Shown: positions 40,684 through 50,066 of the stretch, piece after piece
Numbering within the stretch: position 1 is the first letter of the stretch
How the letters are laid out: each line of letters begins with the position of its first letter
Virus record (IMG/VR): IMGVR_UViG_3300029305_003510
Location: 128,001-192,000 of that record
Direction: 5' to 3' (one strand)
Length of the DNA: 64,000 nt
From: a virus
Taxonomy: Duplodnaviria > Caudoviricetes
Notes under the pieces: model-generated
Told to the model about the DNA's origin: nothing
Database searches by the model: none
Seen by the model: the letters and a program-made list of their open reading frames with translations, nothing else
Translations under genes and position numbers: made by a program

Positions 40684-41469
40684 ATGTTTGTTCTCGATAA
40701 ATCTCGCATGCTTGTCGACTGTTATGCCCTTGAAGTTTATCTCCCATACGACTATCGAGAGGCTGCATACCGCGGAAGCCCATACTATTCCATATTAGGA
40801 ACGAAGGTAAAATATCTGGCAGTTGGTAATATGCGATTCTTTAAGACAGAAAAAGAGTTACAGTCTCCAGAGTCAGTAAAGTGTCACCCGCTTGGAATTC
40901 CGATGCTGATTATGTCCGAGCCTTCAGAGATTGATGTTCGTGATGTAAGATTTTCAAAGGGTGGTCCTCTCCGTAAATGTATTGTGCTTACCTATATGAA
41001 GGGCGACGCTTTCATGGTAAATAACGAGACAATTAAATCTACTGATGCGATGATGATGATTCTCTCTCGCTTGGAGCAAGGTAAACTTGATCATCTCCCT
41101 CCTGAAGTAGTTGTACAGATTGTTCGTGACTGTGAAATAATGAATGGTATTAGTCTTCGTATTCCTTCTGAGGAAATGGAGATCTTCGTAGCTGAACGAT
41201 ACAGAGACCCTGATCACCCTACGCGTAAATATCGTTTCCATACCGGTGCGGCTGATCCTGATTCTATGGTTTCTCATAATATGAGAACTGATGCTGTTCA
41301 GGGCACAACCTATCAGGCTGTAATGCATGAAGATATTAATAATTCTCTGATTGCTGCAGCTAATCGACATAATTCTGGTCATATTGATGAACCTACTACA
41401 GTAGAGATGGTAGTACGAGGACTGGATATGTCCCGTTTGAAAGAGGAAGATTTTCCTACAGAAAATTAA
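40684..41469 (+). CDS. Probable RNA polymerase beta' extreme C-terminal fragment (virion RNAP)
   Basis: EMEIFVAE.YRD and TTYQAVMHEDINNSLIAAA..E.VV.G resemble RpoC HIEVIVRQM / SFISAASFQETTRVLTEAA..ENVI.G; late promoter at 40653. Confidence 0.6.
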   Translation: MFVLDKSRMLVDCYALEVYLPYDYREAAYRGSPYYSILGTKVKYLAVGNMRFFKTEKELQSPESVKCHPLGIPMLIMSEPSEIDVRDVRFSKGGPLRKCIVLTYMKGDAFMVNNETIKSTDAMMMILSRLEQGKLDHLPPEVVVQIVRDCEIMNGISLRIPSEEMEIFVAERYRDPDHPTRKYRFHTGAADPDSMVSHNMRTDAVQGTTYQAVMHEDINNSLIAAANRHNSGHIDEPTTVEMVVRGLDMSRLKEEDFPTEN

Positions 41470-41644
41470 GACTACATGCAGGGGCAATCCCTGCATGTGT
41501 TCTTTTTATATCAAACATAGTTATAACCATTAATCGTTAGGGGTAACGATGCGATGGTTATGGGGTAATTTTTCTTTCGAACGAGAAGTACAGAAACACC
41601 GCAAAAACAAATCTTTTGATCAAAAGGAAGGTGACATATCGACC

Positions 41645-43546
41645 ATGATTATTCTCGATCAGGCCAATACCTATGGCTTCTCGAATACCGTGGTGAAAGT
41701 CATCGATCAGACCTACGAGGAGACCGCAACTGAGATTTATCCCGTTCCGGTTCCTGATTTTAACGTGCTGATTCCTACTGTTCAGGATATTGGTATCACG
41801 AATAGTCTGGAATTGTATCAGCCCGGTGAAGTCAGCAAGTATCTGAAGAACCATGGTAATCCCAATGCTCTGAAGTATGGCTTCGGCCCTGACTTTATTC
41901 ATGGGGTTCTGGAACGCGGCGATTCCGGTGTTGGTGTTTACACCATTAACCTCCGCGGGGCGTCTGCCACGATGGCAAACATCATCGTACTGATGAAGTA
42001 TCGCATTGAGAAGTCCGTTCCTTATGTGGATGCCGATGGCAACCAGTATTACAAGGACGAAAATAACCAGATCACCACTGACCCTGTTGAGGGTGGTGCG
42101 ATCACTCGTGACGTTCTGCATGTCCGTTTTGAGACTGCCAATGTTGAAGAGTGCAAGAAGTGGACCGATCTGCATAAGGGCATGAATGCCATCTATAATG
42201 AGCAGGAGGATGACGAGGGTTATAAGACCATTCCTTGGTTTGGTGTTATGTATCGCGGCGCTTCTGCTTACGGCAATAACATCTACTTCAGTCTGATTCC
42301 TACCCGTGCTGAGTACGACGGTAATATGTATTACAAGGTTGCGCTGTTCGATGGCAAGACTATGCATACCACCGATCCTACTTATAGCTTCGACATCGAT
42401 TCTGGTGCTCGTTATCAGACTACCTACTACTTCGAGAACGTCTTCAATGAGAACTTTAAGACCATGCGGTTCATGACTGCTGAGGATTCTCAGGCGATCG
42501 TTGATCTGTTCAACAAGTATCTCTACACTGTGGACGAGTATGTTCTGGGCACCTATGAGACCCCTGGTACTCAGTTCCCGGCTGTTGATCCCTTCAATGT
42601 GGATTCTTTTGCAATTCAGGTTGATACTGGTTCTCTGAATCCGCAGATCACCAATGCCTTCCGCCTCCAGGGCGGTTACGATGGCACTGAGACTCGCGAT
42701 GAGCTCTTCCGCATGTTCTTTGCTGGTGAGATCCTGGGCGATATCACCTCTCCCCTGCGGTATCGTGTCAACTATATCCCTGACGTTAACTATGACGACG
42801 CTACAAAGCGTGCGATTGCCAGCCTGGTACAGAAGCGTATCCGCATGACTTCTGCCACCGTTATGCTCGGCGGCACTGATGGTTTTGTATCTGCTCTGAT
42901 CGATCACCAGGCTAACTGGTACGAGACCATGCCTAACATTCGTCAGCTGGCTAAGTACCAGTCTCCGATGATGTATAATCAGTTTACTCGTCGGACTATG
43001 ACCTATCCTGGCACCTACTTCGATACCATGGCGATGATGGAACATTTCGCCAAGTGGGGCAACTATTTCCAGCCGTTCGCTGGTGCAGAAGCCCGCTGGA
43101 CTGGTTACATCGAAGATACGATGCCCTATCCTGCTGAGTCTCCTCAGTACCTGCAGTCTCTCCAGACTAGCCGCATCAATGTGGTTATGAAGGATGCTAA
43201 GGAAGGTGCTTACCTGGCTGACCAGCAGATGAATACTGTTCTGACTTCTGATCAGACTGAGTTTAATAATGCTTTCCTCATCTCTTGCATGCTATATGAT
43301 CTGGTGGATCTGATTCACTACAATCATTTCAAGTTCAATGAGGCTGAGGAAGTTCGTCAGTTCAATGAAGCTGTGAACGATTGCATTAACTCCAAGTACG
43401 CGATCCATTCTGCCTCTATCTCCGCTTCTGTGGAGCGTGTTGGTACGATTGGTCGTTCCAAGTCCATGAATAAGATTACCGTCGTGGTGGATCTCAAGGA
43501 TATCAATAAGTTCACTGATATCGAGCTCTACCTTGTCGATGAATAA
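41645..43546 (+). CDS. Probable tail sheath protein
   Basis: ~633 aa; late promoter at 41514; high-expression codons; LQGGYDG, RINVV and terminal beta-strands typical of sheath; followed by tube-sized gene. Confidence 0.75.
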   Translation: MIILDQANTYGFSNTVVKVIDQTYEETATEIYPVPVPDFNVLIPTVQDIGITNSLELYQPGEVSKYLKNHGNPNALKYGFGPDFIHGVLERGDSGVGVYTINLRGASATMANIIVLMKYRIEKSVPYVDADGNQYYKDENNQITTDPVEGGAITRDVLHVRFETANVEECKKWTDLHKGMNAIYNEQEDDEGYKTIPWFGVMYRGASAYGNNIYFSLIPTRAEYDGNMYYKVALFDGKTMHTTDPTYSFDIDSGARYQTTYYFENVFNENFKTMRFMTAEDSQAIVDLFNKYLYTVDEYVLGTYETPGTQFPAVDPFNVDSFAIQVDTGSLNPQITNAFRLQGGYDGTETRDELFRMFFAGEILGDITSPLRYRVNYIPDVNYDDATKRAIASLVQKRIRMTSATVMLGGTDGFVSALIDHQANWYETMPNIRQLAKYQSPMMYNQFTRRTMTYPGTYFDTMAMMEHFAKWGNYFQPFAGAEARWTGYIEDTMPYPAESPQYLQSLQTSRINVVMKDAKEGAYLADQQMNTVLTSDQTEFNNAFLISCMLYDLVDLIHYNHFKFNEAEEVRQFNEAVNDCINSKYAIHSASISASVERVGTIGRSKSMNKITVVVDLKDINKFTDIELYLVDE

Positions 43547-43560
43547 GGAGGTGCGCAATA

Positions 43561-44457
43561 ATGGCAAATGCTAACCCGAATCCTATGTATGGTCTCAAGG
43601 CCGATGGCGCGCCGACCTATGTGTCTCGTATGGAGACCTCTCGCACTCTGTATGATGTCGAGTCGCAGCTGCTGAGAGGTACTATGTCCTTCTCTAAGGA
43701 TAAGCTGCAGGAGCTGGATCCTTCCTACACTGGTTACACACATGTGTTTGTTCTGAGACTTCCTCCTGTTATGACCGCTCCTGCCAATGGTCGTCAGATC
43801 GCCGGCTTCGAGGAGAATGGTGTACTGAATGCTCAGAACCATTGTCGTAACCTGAAGGCTCTCTTTGAGATGGGCTGTACGTCTTATTCTGGCACCCCTG
43901 ATCTGACCCTGAACACTTCTGAGGTCAATGTGGGTTGGTCTGAGCGTTCCTATCCCGCTCCCACCACTTCTGCTTATGATGGTAAGCAGTTCACTCTCCG
44001 TTGTCTGGAGACCCGTGGTGAGCCTCTGCGTCGTGGCGTTGAGTATTATATCTCCGCTATTACCGATCCTAATGTTAAGGCTGCTATGATGAATGGCGCT
44101 CTGAATATGGACGGCACGCTGATGGAGCCTACTCTGCCCAACTTCACCTGGTCTTTCATGATCGTTCAAACTGACCAGACTCTGCTGAACATCCAGGATA
44201 TCTCTATTTGGCAGAACTGTATCATTACCAACATGGATCGTTCTAACCTTGACTGGGAGAACGGTACGGTTGATATCATTCAGCCTAAGGATGTTCAGTT
44301 CTCTGGCGTCTATATGCCTGATGCTCGTAATCAGTATATCGATGCCATGGCTCAGAAGCTGCTCGGAAGCCGTCTCAAGTGGTATAAGAGATTCTCTGAT
44401 CTTGGATCTGATGAACTCTCTACTGCTTCTTGGCAGGGTCCTGGCGCTGCCTATTAA
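43561..44457 (+). CDS. Probable tail tube protein
   Basis: Directly after sheath; beta-rich, high-expression codons; strong terminator at 44490-44536. Confidence 0.65.
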   Translation: MANANPNPMYGLKADGAPTYVSRMETSRTLYDVESQLLRGTMSFSKDKLQELDPSYTGYTHVFVLRLPPVMTAPANGRQIAGFEENGVLNAQNHCRNLKALFEMGCTSYSGTPDLTLNTSEVNVGWSERSYPAPTTSAYDGKQFTLRCLETRGEPLRRGVEYYISAITDPNVKAAMMNGALNMDGTLMEPTLPNFTWSFMIVQTDQTLLNIQDISIWQNCIITNMDRSNLDWENGTVDIIQPKDVQFSGVYMPDARNQYIDAMAQKLLGSRLKWYKRFSDLGSDELSTASWQGPGAAY

Positions 44458-44637
44458 GACAGAAGATCTTTCGTCAAACTTCCATTTATGAGAATTTTGG
44501 GAACCGGCCTATGTGGTCGGTTCCCAAATTCTTTTTAGTTTATATAAACTAATATGTGTAATTAAATAATATCATGTCGACAAGCATATAAGAGATCTCC
44601 AGTAATGCCCAATATCCACAATTTTAGCAAAATACAA

Positions 44638-44674
44638 ATTTCCGATTTGACGAGAAAAGGAGGTATATATTATA
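44638..44674 (+). promoter_or_regulatory. Bipartite early-type promoter
   Basis: ATTTCCGATTT-N15-TATATATTATA. Confidence 0.8.
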
Positions 44675-44741
44675 TCTATGAAGTGGAGATCTTCAAATCC
44701 CTTCCCCTAAATCCAATAAAAAGAAAAAGGAGTTAGTACAA

Positions 44742-45230
44742 ATGATGAATCAAAAATCTACTTCAAGCAACCAATGTGATGCATGCGGGAAATGTGCAGC
44801 ATCGAACCTCGCGGGCGTAATCTCTACAGAAACCCGCATCGAACAAGTGTACAATCAGTTTATTGAAGTTGCCAATGACGAACTGCTTCCCGATTTGATC
44901 TTTATCGGCGGAGAGGATATCCTTGAAGATATCTATCAGGAAACTGCTGTGATCGTTATGGAGCTTCTGAGCCGTCTTCCGACCGGCGTTGTTCCGAGCC
45001 AGAACGATATATACATGGCGGCAGAGGAATATCTTCGTGAATGGATCAAATCTCAGGTTGCCCAGCGTTGTGGCTGCGGCTTTAGCTATAGCGAGCTTGT
45101 GAGGCTTGCTGGTCTCGGTGAAGAGGACTACGATGATGGCTGGAACGGGAATGTTACCAGAGCCAAATTCGGAACCATACATACGATCCATTTTAACAGC
45201 AATGATGGAAGCATCTTTCTGAAGTTCTAA
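44742..45230 (+). CDS. Acidic hypothetical early protein
   Basis: AAGGAG RBS; monocistronic cassette. Confidence 0.7.
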   Translation: MMNQKSTSSNQCDACGKCAASNLAGVISTETRIEQVYNQFIEVANDELLPDLIFIGGEDILEDIYQETAVIVMELLSRLPTGVVPSQNDIYMAAEEYLREWIKSQVAQRCGCGFSYSELVRLAGLGEEDYDDGWNGNVTRAKFGTIHTIHFNSNDGSIFLKF

Positions 45231-45250
45231 TAAAAGGGAAAAAAGAAAAG

Positions 45251-45288
45251 AGAATACACCCCGGGGATATCCCCGGGGTGTATCTTTT
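45251..45288. terminator. Bidirectional terminator (palindromic repeat copy 3)
   Basis: ATACACCCCGGGGATATCCCCGGGGTGTAT palindrome between convergent genes. Confidence 0.8.
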
Positions 45289-45646
45289 ATGTTTCTGTAG
45301 ATTGTTCTTTTTCTTCCTCTTCTTCCATAAATGGGTCTACAACACCATCAGCAGGCTGTTTCTGCTCCACTTGAATGGTCATATTATATCCATGGAAGGT
45401 AAGCAACCGATAGAGTTCCTCGACTTTAATATGTTCGAGCTTCACGATATTATTCTGGATACCCATTATCGTATACTTATCAACTTGTACCTGTTTTGCA
45501 TATTCTGCAATAGGAAGATTATTGCTCTTCATATATGCATTCATACTGGTGACAAGTGCCATTTGAATCATAGCAGGAGCTGTCGGTGTGACAGCTCCAC
45601 TAAGTTTCAGAAGATATGGAATCTCAACTGGAACCAATGTTGACAT
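45287..45646 (-). CDS. Hypothetical protein
   Basis: AAAGGA RBS; end of the DNA polymerase operon. Confidence 0.65.
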   Translation of the reverse strand: MSTLVPVEIPYLLKLSGAVTPTAPAMIQMALVTSMNAYMKSNNLPIAEYAKQVQVDKYTIMGIQNNIVKLEHIKVEELYRLLTFHGYNMTIQVEQKQPADGVVDPFMEEEEEKEQSTET

Positions 45647-45670
45647 ATCTCTGATCGTCCTTTCTATAGA

Positions 45671-46408
45671 TTAATAGTGCAACAAATAACCCCAATATTG
45701 CTCAATAATACCACGTTTTGCATACTGAAATGAATAGATATAGATATCAGATAGTGTAGACTCTTGGATACTGAGATATAGAGAATCTACATCCTTTAAA
45801 CCACTGAACATAGATCGGAGAAGTGGTACTCTGATTTTTTTACCAGCATAGCGAATAATGAACTGATAAATCTCTGGACACTCAAGAGTTTTATTCTGGA
45901 GATCATATTTCAACCCATCAAATAGCAAACAGGCTCCTCCAGGCTTAATCCGTTTCAACAGATTCGTATAAGATTCTATACAAGTCTCTACAACTGTTGC
46001 TGTTGGATCTACCGGATAGTCAAGTTTATAAGTTTCAGTGGTTACAAGTTCTTCCTGCAAATAGTAGAGGAATTTGAGTTCTGCTCCATGATTTTTCACC
46101 AAGAAGCAGAACTCTTCTTTTACATCTTTTGATTTCAGTCCAGCTGCTTTCTTTTTCTCGTCTACAAGTTTATGTCCTCTATTGTAGCGACTTAAGATTG
46201 CAGACGAATTGAGAATAAGTGTCTCATTATAGAACGAATCCTTATACTCTTCAGTATCGGGGATGAAGAGCAAATAGTTGAGACCAACTTCACTATCAAT
46301 ATCCACAGTATAGCACATCATCAGCATTCTGTTATTCATAATGACATTACTGTAGCGACAACGAGTTGCGCGCCGAAGCAGGTTGATAAAGGGTTTTACT
46401 GCTAACAT
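45671..46408 (-). CDS. Hypothetical protein translationally coupled to DNA polymerase
   Basis: TAATG stop/start overlap at 46408. Confidence 0.75.
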   Translation of the reverse strand: MLAVKPFINLLRRATRCRYSNVIMNNRMLMMCYTVDIDSEVGLNYLLFIPDTEEYKDSFYNETLILNSSAILSRYNRGHKLVDEKKKAAGLKSKDVKEEFCFLVKNHGAELKFLYYLQEELVTTETYKLDYPVDPTATVVETCIESYTNLLKRIKPGGACLLFDGLKYDLQNKTLECPEIYQFIIRYAGKKIRVPLLRSMFSGLKDVDSLYLSIQESTLSDIYIYSFQYAKRGIIEQYWGYLLHY

Positions 46409-48507
46409 TATTCTTCATCCTCCTTTTCTTTACTATTTAACCGTTCCTGGAGTTTCTTATTCATTTCAGTAACAGTCGGAAGATTGAACCACACGTTGCC
46501 AAAAGAGATAATATCATGGCTCAGATAATCTGCAGTGAATTCCGCACCTGGGAGATACGAATTGATCTCTTCAATACGTTTCTCTTGTCCCATTGGGAGA
46601 ACATTCTGCCGATCACTAATTTTCTCAGGGATGATCAATCTACCGATTTGTGTAGACTTACTTAAAGATCTGGTAAACTTTGCCCAAGGATACTCAGACG
46701 CAAAGTCCATATCCATTTCATCATCAAACACGTGTTTACTTGGGACGCCGGGGATTAATTCAACACCAGTAGCCGTATTAAAGTCTGGATTACCAACTAG
46801 ACCACCAGGAAGTATCAATTTTTTCTGAATAGAGTCATTATAAATTGAGAGAAGATCACCAGCTACAGTTTCTGCTGCCTGCTGTGAAGTTTCATCAAAT
46901 TCCTCATCACTATCAGAATCATCAACTTCTACTTCAACAGGATCAGATTCGGCAACAGCTTCATCGTCATCAAACCCCTCATTATCTAACTCAGCTCGCA
47001 TTGCTCTGGCTGCTCGGATTTCCTCCATTCGTTCCAAATAATCTTCTGTCTCACCACGGATATAGTTGACATTTGGATTATTGCCCGGAACAAAACCCTT
47101 ACGGAGATACCAGGTATAGTAGATCTGTCGCTGATAGCGAGTCTGCTTAAACAGATTTTCAAGCGGGCAGTTCTGCTGATTCATATCATAAATCATTGAC
47201 ATGCAGTCATTCGTGACAATATCAATCTGAACCTGTCTCACAACGTCAGAAATGTTATAGAAGACAAAGTTCCAGTAGTCTTTCATTGCAGCATTTGTAA
47301 CATCAATACCTTTCTCGAATTGATGTTTACCAACACCAAGTTCAATACGAGCAATGTTATCGAGTTTGTTAGAACCATATGCTTTACGACCTTTACGAAT
47401 GCCTGCATATGACTGCATCTGGTCTATCCAGCAGGTGGTAGATGCCATGCGGATAAAAGTTTTTCTATCAGCGATATCGATCTCCGCACGGTTATCCACA
47501 TTCAGTTCTACAAAACGATATTCCTGTGGAAATGCGGGATCACACATGCAGTCTACATAGTTAAGACCATTCATTTCCATTCTTGCTGCAAGTTTAGGAA
47601 TATCGTAACCGATATTCCAGACACTCATCGTATCCGGACGCACTTTATTGATGGTTTGAAATATTGCCATTAACAGATCACTTTCATGATCGAAAAGTTG
47701 AATATGATATTCTGCCTCCAGATCAATAACACGCTTTTTACCATCTTTTTCAACTTCCTGATGGTCAAACGTATCATGACATTGTTGGATGAATTTATCC
47801 AGATTTGCTTCAAAATGTGCCTGCTGTGGATATCGTTTATGATCTCTCAACAAGAATGTGAATACGTGCGGTTTCATCTTCTCTTTCCGGTTAGAATCAA
47901 AATTGAAGATCAACGTACATGCATTCACTTTATCTAAGTTTGCTGCTTGTTCAGTAGAACTCAGACCAAAGATATCAGCCTCGATATCGAGATATCCTTT
48001 ATCGATGATATGATTTCGCATTGTATTGTAGTGATACCCGAGCATAACCCGATAGTAATCTTCAACGGACATATCAGACATACACGTATACGGCCATTTG
48101 AAGATCTCTTTAGCAGAGCTGCTATTGCCAGTTGCATAAGACTGATCGTAAATAGCTTTCATCACCTGAGAGGGTCTATCAGTGCAATCTTTCAGTTCCT
48201 CGTAGATTGTACGAAGAACCTTCTTTGCTTTTACAGTTTTCGAATATGTTTTATCGATTTCGATATATTCTCTAGGCGTCATGAAACCAGTGCGTTCTTC
48301 AGGTTTAATGAAATAGATCTCCATTTCTGGATCTTTAATAATACGGACTTTTTTCTTATCTTCCGCATCTTTATATACAATAAACAGGGTATCATCTTTC
48401 CCTGTGTTTCGGTGTTTATACTGCTGATACAGTTGTACAGAAAAGATTGTGGCCTGACTTCCTTCAGGCTCACGCAGAATATTATTCATTCCCATAAATT
48501 GCACCAT
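46408..48507 (-). CDS. Family B DNA polymerase, N-terminal subunit (3'-5' exonuclease plus motif A)
   Basis: ExoI YLDIEAD, ExoII WNIGYDIP, ExoIII YNISDV, GGLV..P, motif A DMDFASEYP. Confidence 0.9.
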   Translation of the reverse strand: MVQFMGMNNILREPEGSQATIFSVQLYQQYKHRNTGKDDTLFIVYKDAEDKKKVRIIKDPEMEIYFIKPEERTGFMTPREYIEIDKTYSKTVKAKKVLRTIYEELKDCTDRPSQVMKAIYDQSYATGNSSSAKEIFKWPYTCMSDMSVEDYYRVMLGYHYNTMRNHIIDKGYLDIEADIFGLSSTEQAANLDKVNACTLIFNFDSNRKEKMKPHVFTFLLRDHKRYPQQAHFEANLDKFIQQCHDTFDHQEVEKDGKKRVIDLEAEYHIQLFDHESDLLMAIFQTINKVRPDTMSVWNIGYDIPKLAARMEMNGLNYVDCMCDPAFPQEYRFVELNVDNRAEIDIADRKTFIRMASTTCWIDQMQSYAGIRKGRKAYGSNKLDNIARIELGVGKHQFEKGIDVTNAAMKDYWNFVFYNISDVVRQVQIDIVTNDCMSMIYDMNQQNCPLENLFKQTRYQRQIYYTWYLRKGFVPGNNPNVNYIRGETEDYLERMEEIRAARAMRAELDNEGFDDDEAVAESDPVEVEVDDSDSDEEFDETSQQAAETVAGDLLSIYNDSIQKKLILPGGLVGNPDFNTATGVELIPGVPSKHVFDDEMDMDFASEYPWAKFTRSLSKSTQIGRLIIPEKISDRQNVLPMGQEKRIEEINSYLPGAEFTADYLSHDIISFGNVWFNLPTVTEMNKKLQERLNSKEKEDEE

Positions 48508-48603
48508 CCTATGTGTGTATTCATGTATATAATTTATACCTTATAAGGATGTATGAAAGATTGTGAAAATGTAAGAGAAATAGCCAAAAATGGGCATATT
48601 AAA

Positions 48604-48640
48604 ATTTCCGATTTTGCGACATTTTGAGATATATACTATA
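48604..48640 (+). promoter_or_regulatory. Bipartite early-type promoter
   Basis: ATTTCCGATTT-N15-TATATACTATA. Confidence 0.8.
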
Positions 48641-48775
48641 ATTGTAGAGCAGGATAGATGAAGAGTTTCAAATTCGTCTGTCTTGCTCTACAATTATCTA
48701 TTTTCGCTATGATGGAAGCGATTACAAATAATCCATCGTCAACTGCACAAAAAGGTGCAGAAGAAAGGACTTATT

Positions 48776-49462
48776 ATGAAGATCATGATCAATACTAACG
48801 AGACTGAAATCCGCACCATTATGAGCACTGTGACTGATACCATCCGTGTCTTCGAACCCAACGCTGTCGATGCTCATGAGATCGATCGCGTAACCCATGA
48901 ACTCACTTCCACGGATAGTGTCTACCACTTTGCTCAGAACTGCACCTGCACCCGCAACCACAGTAACTTCACCATCGACATCGATGAGAAGATGGTTCAG
49001 GACCTTGCTCCTGTGATCATCAAGGTTGCCAAGTTGGTTGCACCCATCTATCATGGCGGCAAAGCGTTGCTGATGACGATCAAAAACCTTTGTGAGACAC
49101 TTCCCGAAAGCCTGAAGGTTATTGGAAAGGAGTTTCATGATAAGTGGGCTCTTCGTAAGAATTATCAAGTAGTTCGGCTTGAGAATGAAGACCTGAATCT
49201 CTTGGACATCGTAGTCCTCGAAGACGATGGGAAGAATGATCCTGAGATCACGGATATCTTCCATATTAGCGAAGTCTATGAGAACATGACGGTCCAGCGT
49301 CACATGGTAGCTAAGATGACTCTCGACAAGTCTACCATTGAGACTCACGATGAGGCTATCAAGGTTGCTCGGAAGATGCGTGATAATCTCCGGAAGGATC
49401 TGGAGGCTATGGCTGAGGCTACTGATAGCGATGTCGCTACTGACGAGAAGATCGAATTCTAA
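48776..49462 (+). CDS. Hypothetical early protein
   Basis: AAAGGA RBS; high-expression codon usage. Confidence 0.75.
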   Translation: MKIMINTNETEIRTIMSTVTDTIRVFEPNAVDAHEIDRVTHELTSTDSVYHFAQNCTCTRNHSNFTIDIDEKMVQDLAPVIIKVAKLVAPIYHGGKALLMTIKNLCETLPESLKVIGKEFHDKWALRKNYQVVRLENEDLNLLDIVVLEDDGKNDPEITDIFHISEVYENMTVQRHMVAKMTLDKSTIETHDEAIKVARKMRDNLRKDLEAMAEATDSDVATDEKIEF

Positions 49463-49523
49463 CAAAACTCGAGTGCGGCAAGGCGCCTCGAGTTAATTTA
49501 ACCCAAGAAGGAGTACGAACAAG

Positions 49524-49745
49524 ATGTTTACCTACTATGATGTAGAACATGAGATGCGAATGGATAAGCTTCGTACGAAGCAACTTGAGGCGCATGCCCG
49601 CAAAATTAAGTTGGAGAAACTTCTTAGTAAGCACAGTCATAAGACTCCTGACGAGATCAAGGATTTGTGCAGTATCATTGAGAAGTGTAAGCGTGATGGA
49701 GCAAAGGCCAAGGACGATATGATCCATTGTCTGGCGTCGATGTAA
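49524..49745 (+). CDS. Small hypothetical protein
   Basis: AAGGAG RBS. Confidence 0.65.
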   Translation: MFTYYDVEHEMRMDKLRTKQLEAHARKIKLEKLLSKHSHKTPDEIKDLCSIIEKCKRDGAKAKDDMIHCLASM

Positions 49746-49769
49746 TAATAGAAAGAGAGGATAACAACA

Positions 49770-49943
49770 ATGAAACATAAGCTCCAGAGAATCAAAGAGG
49801 AATCTCGTCAGATCTGCACTGAGATTAGTAATGATCTCACACAGTCGAAGAAAGAACTGGATCAGGTTGGCTGCAACTATCACAATCAGCGTGAGCAGGT
49901 TCTGCGCAAGATCCATGGTGACAACTATTATAAATACATGTAA
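49770..49943 (+). CDS. Small hypothetical protein (57 aa, not in ORF track)
   Basis: GAGGA RBS; MKHKLQRIKEES...NYYKYM. Confidence 0.6.
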   Translation: MKHKLQRIKEESRQICTEISNDLTQSKKELDQVGCNYHNQREQVLRKIHGDNYYKYM

Positions 49944-49958
49944 GAGGAGGAACATGAT

Positions 49959-50066
49959 ATGGGTTACAGAGATGTCAGTTATATTGAACAACTCTGGTAC
50001 ATCCTAAAATGGTTTGTCACAGGGAAAGACCGTAAGCTTCGTAAACAACTGAAAGATTCTAAATGA
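49959..50066 (+). CDS. Small peptide (35 aa, not in ORF track)
   Basis: GAGGAGG RBS; MGYRDVSYIEQLWYILKWFVTGKDRKLRKQLKDSK; ends at terminator 50071-50110. Confidence 0.55.
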   Translation: MGYRDVSYIEQLWYILKWFVTGKDRKLRKQLKDSK

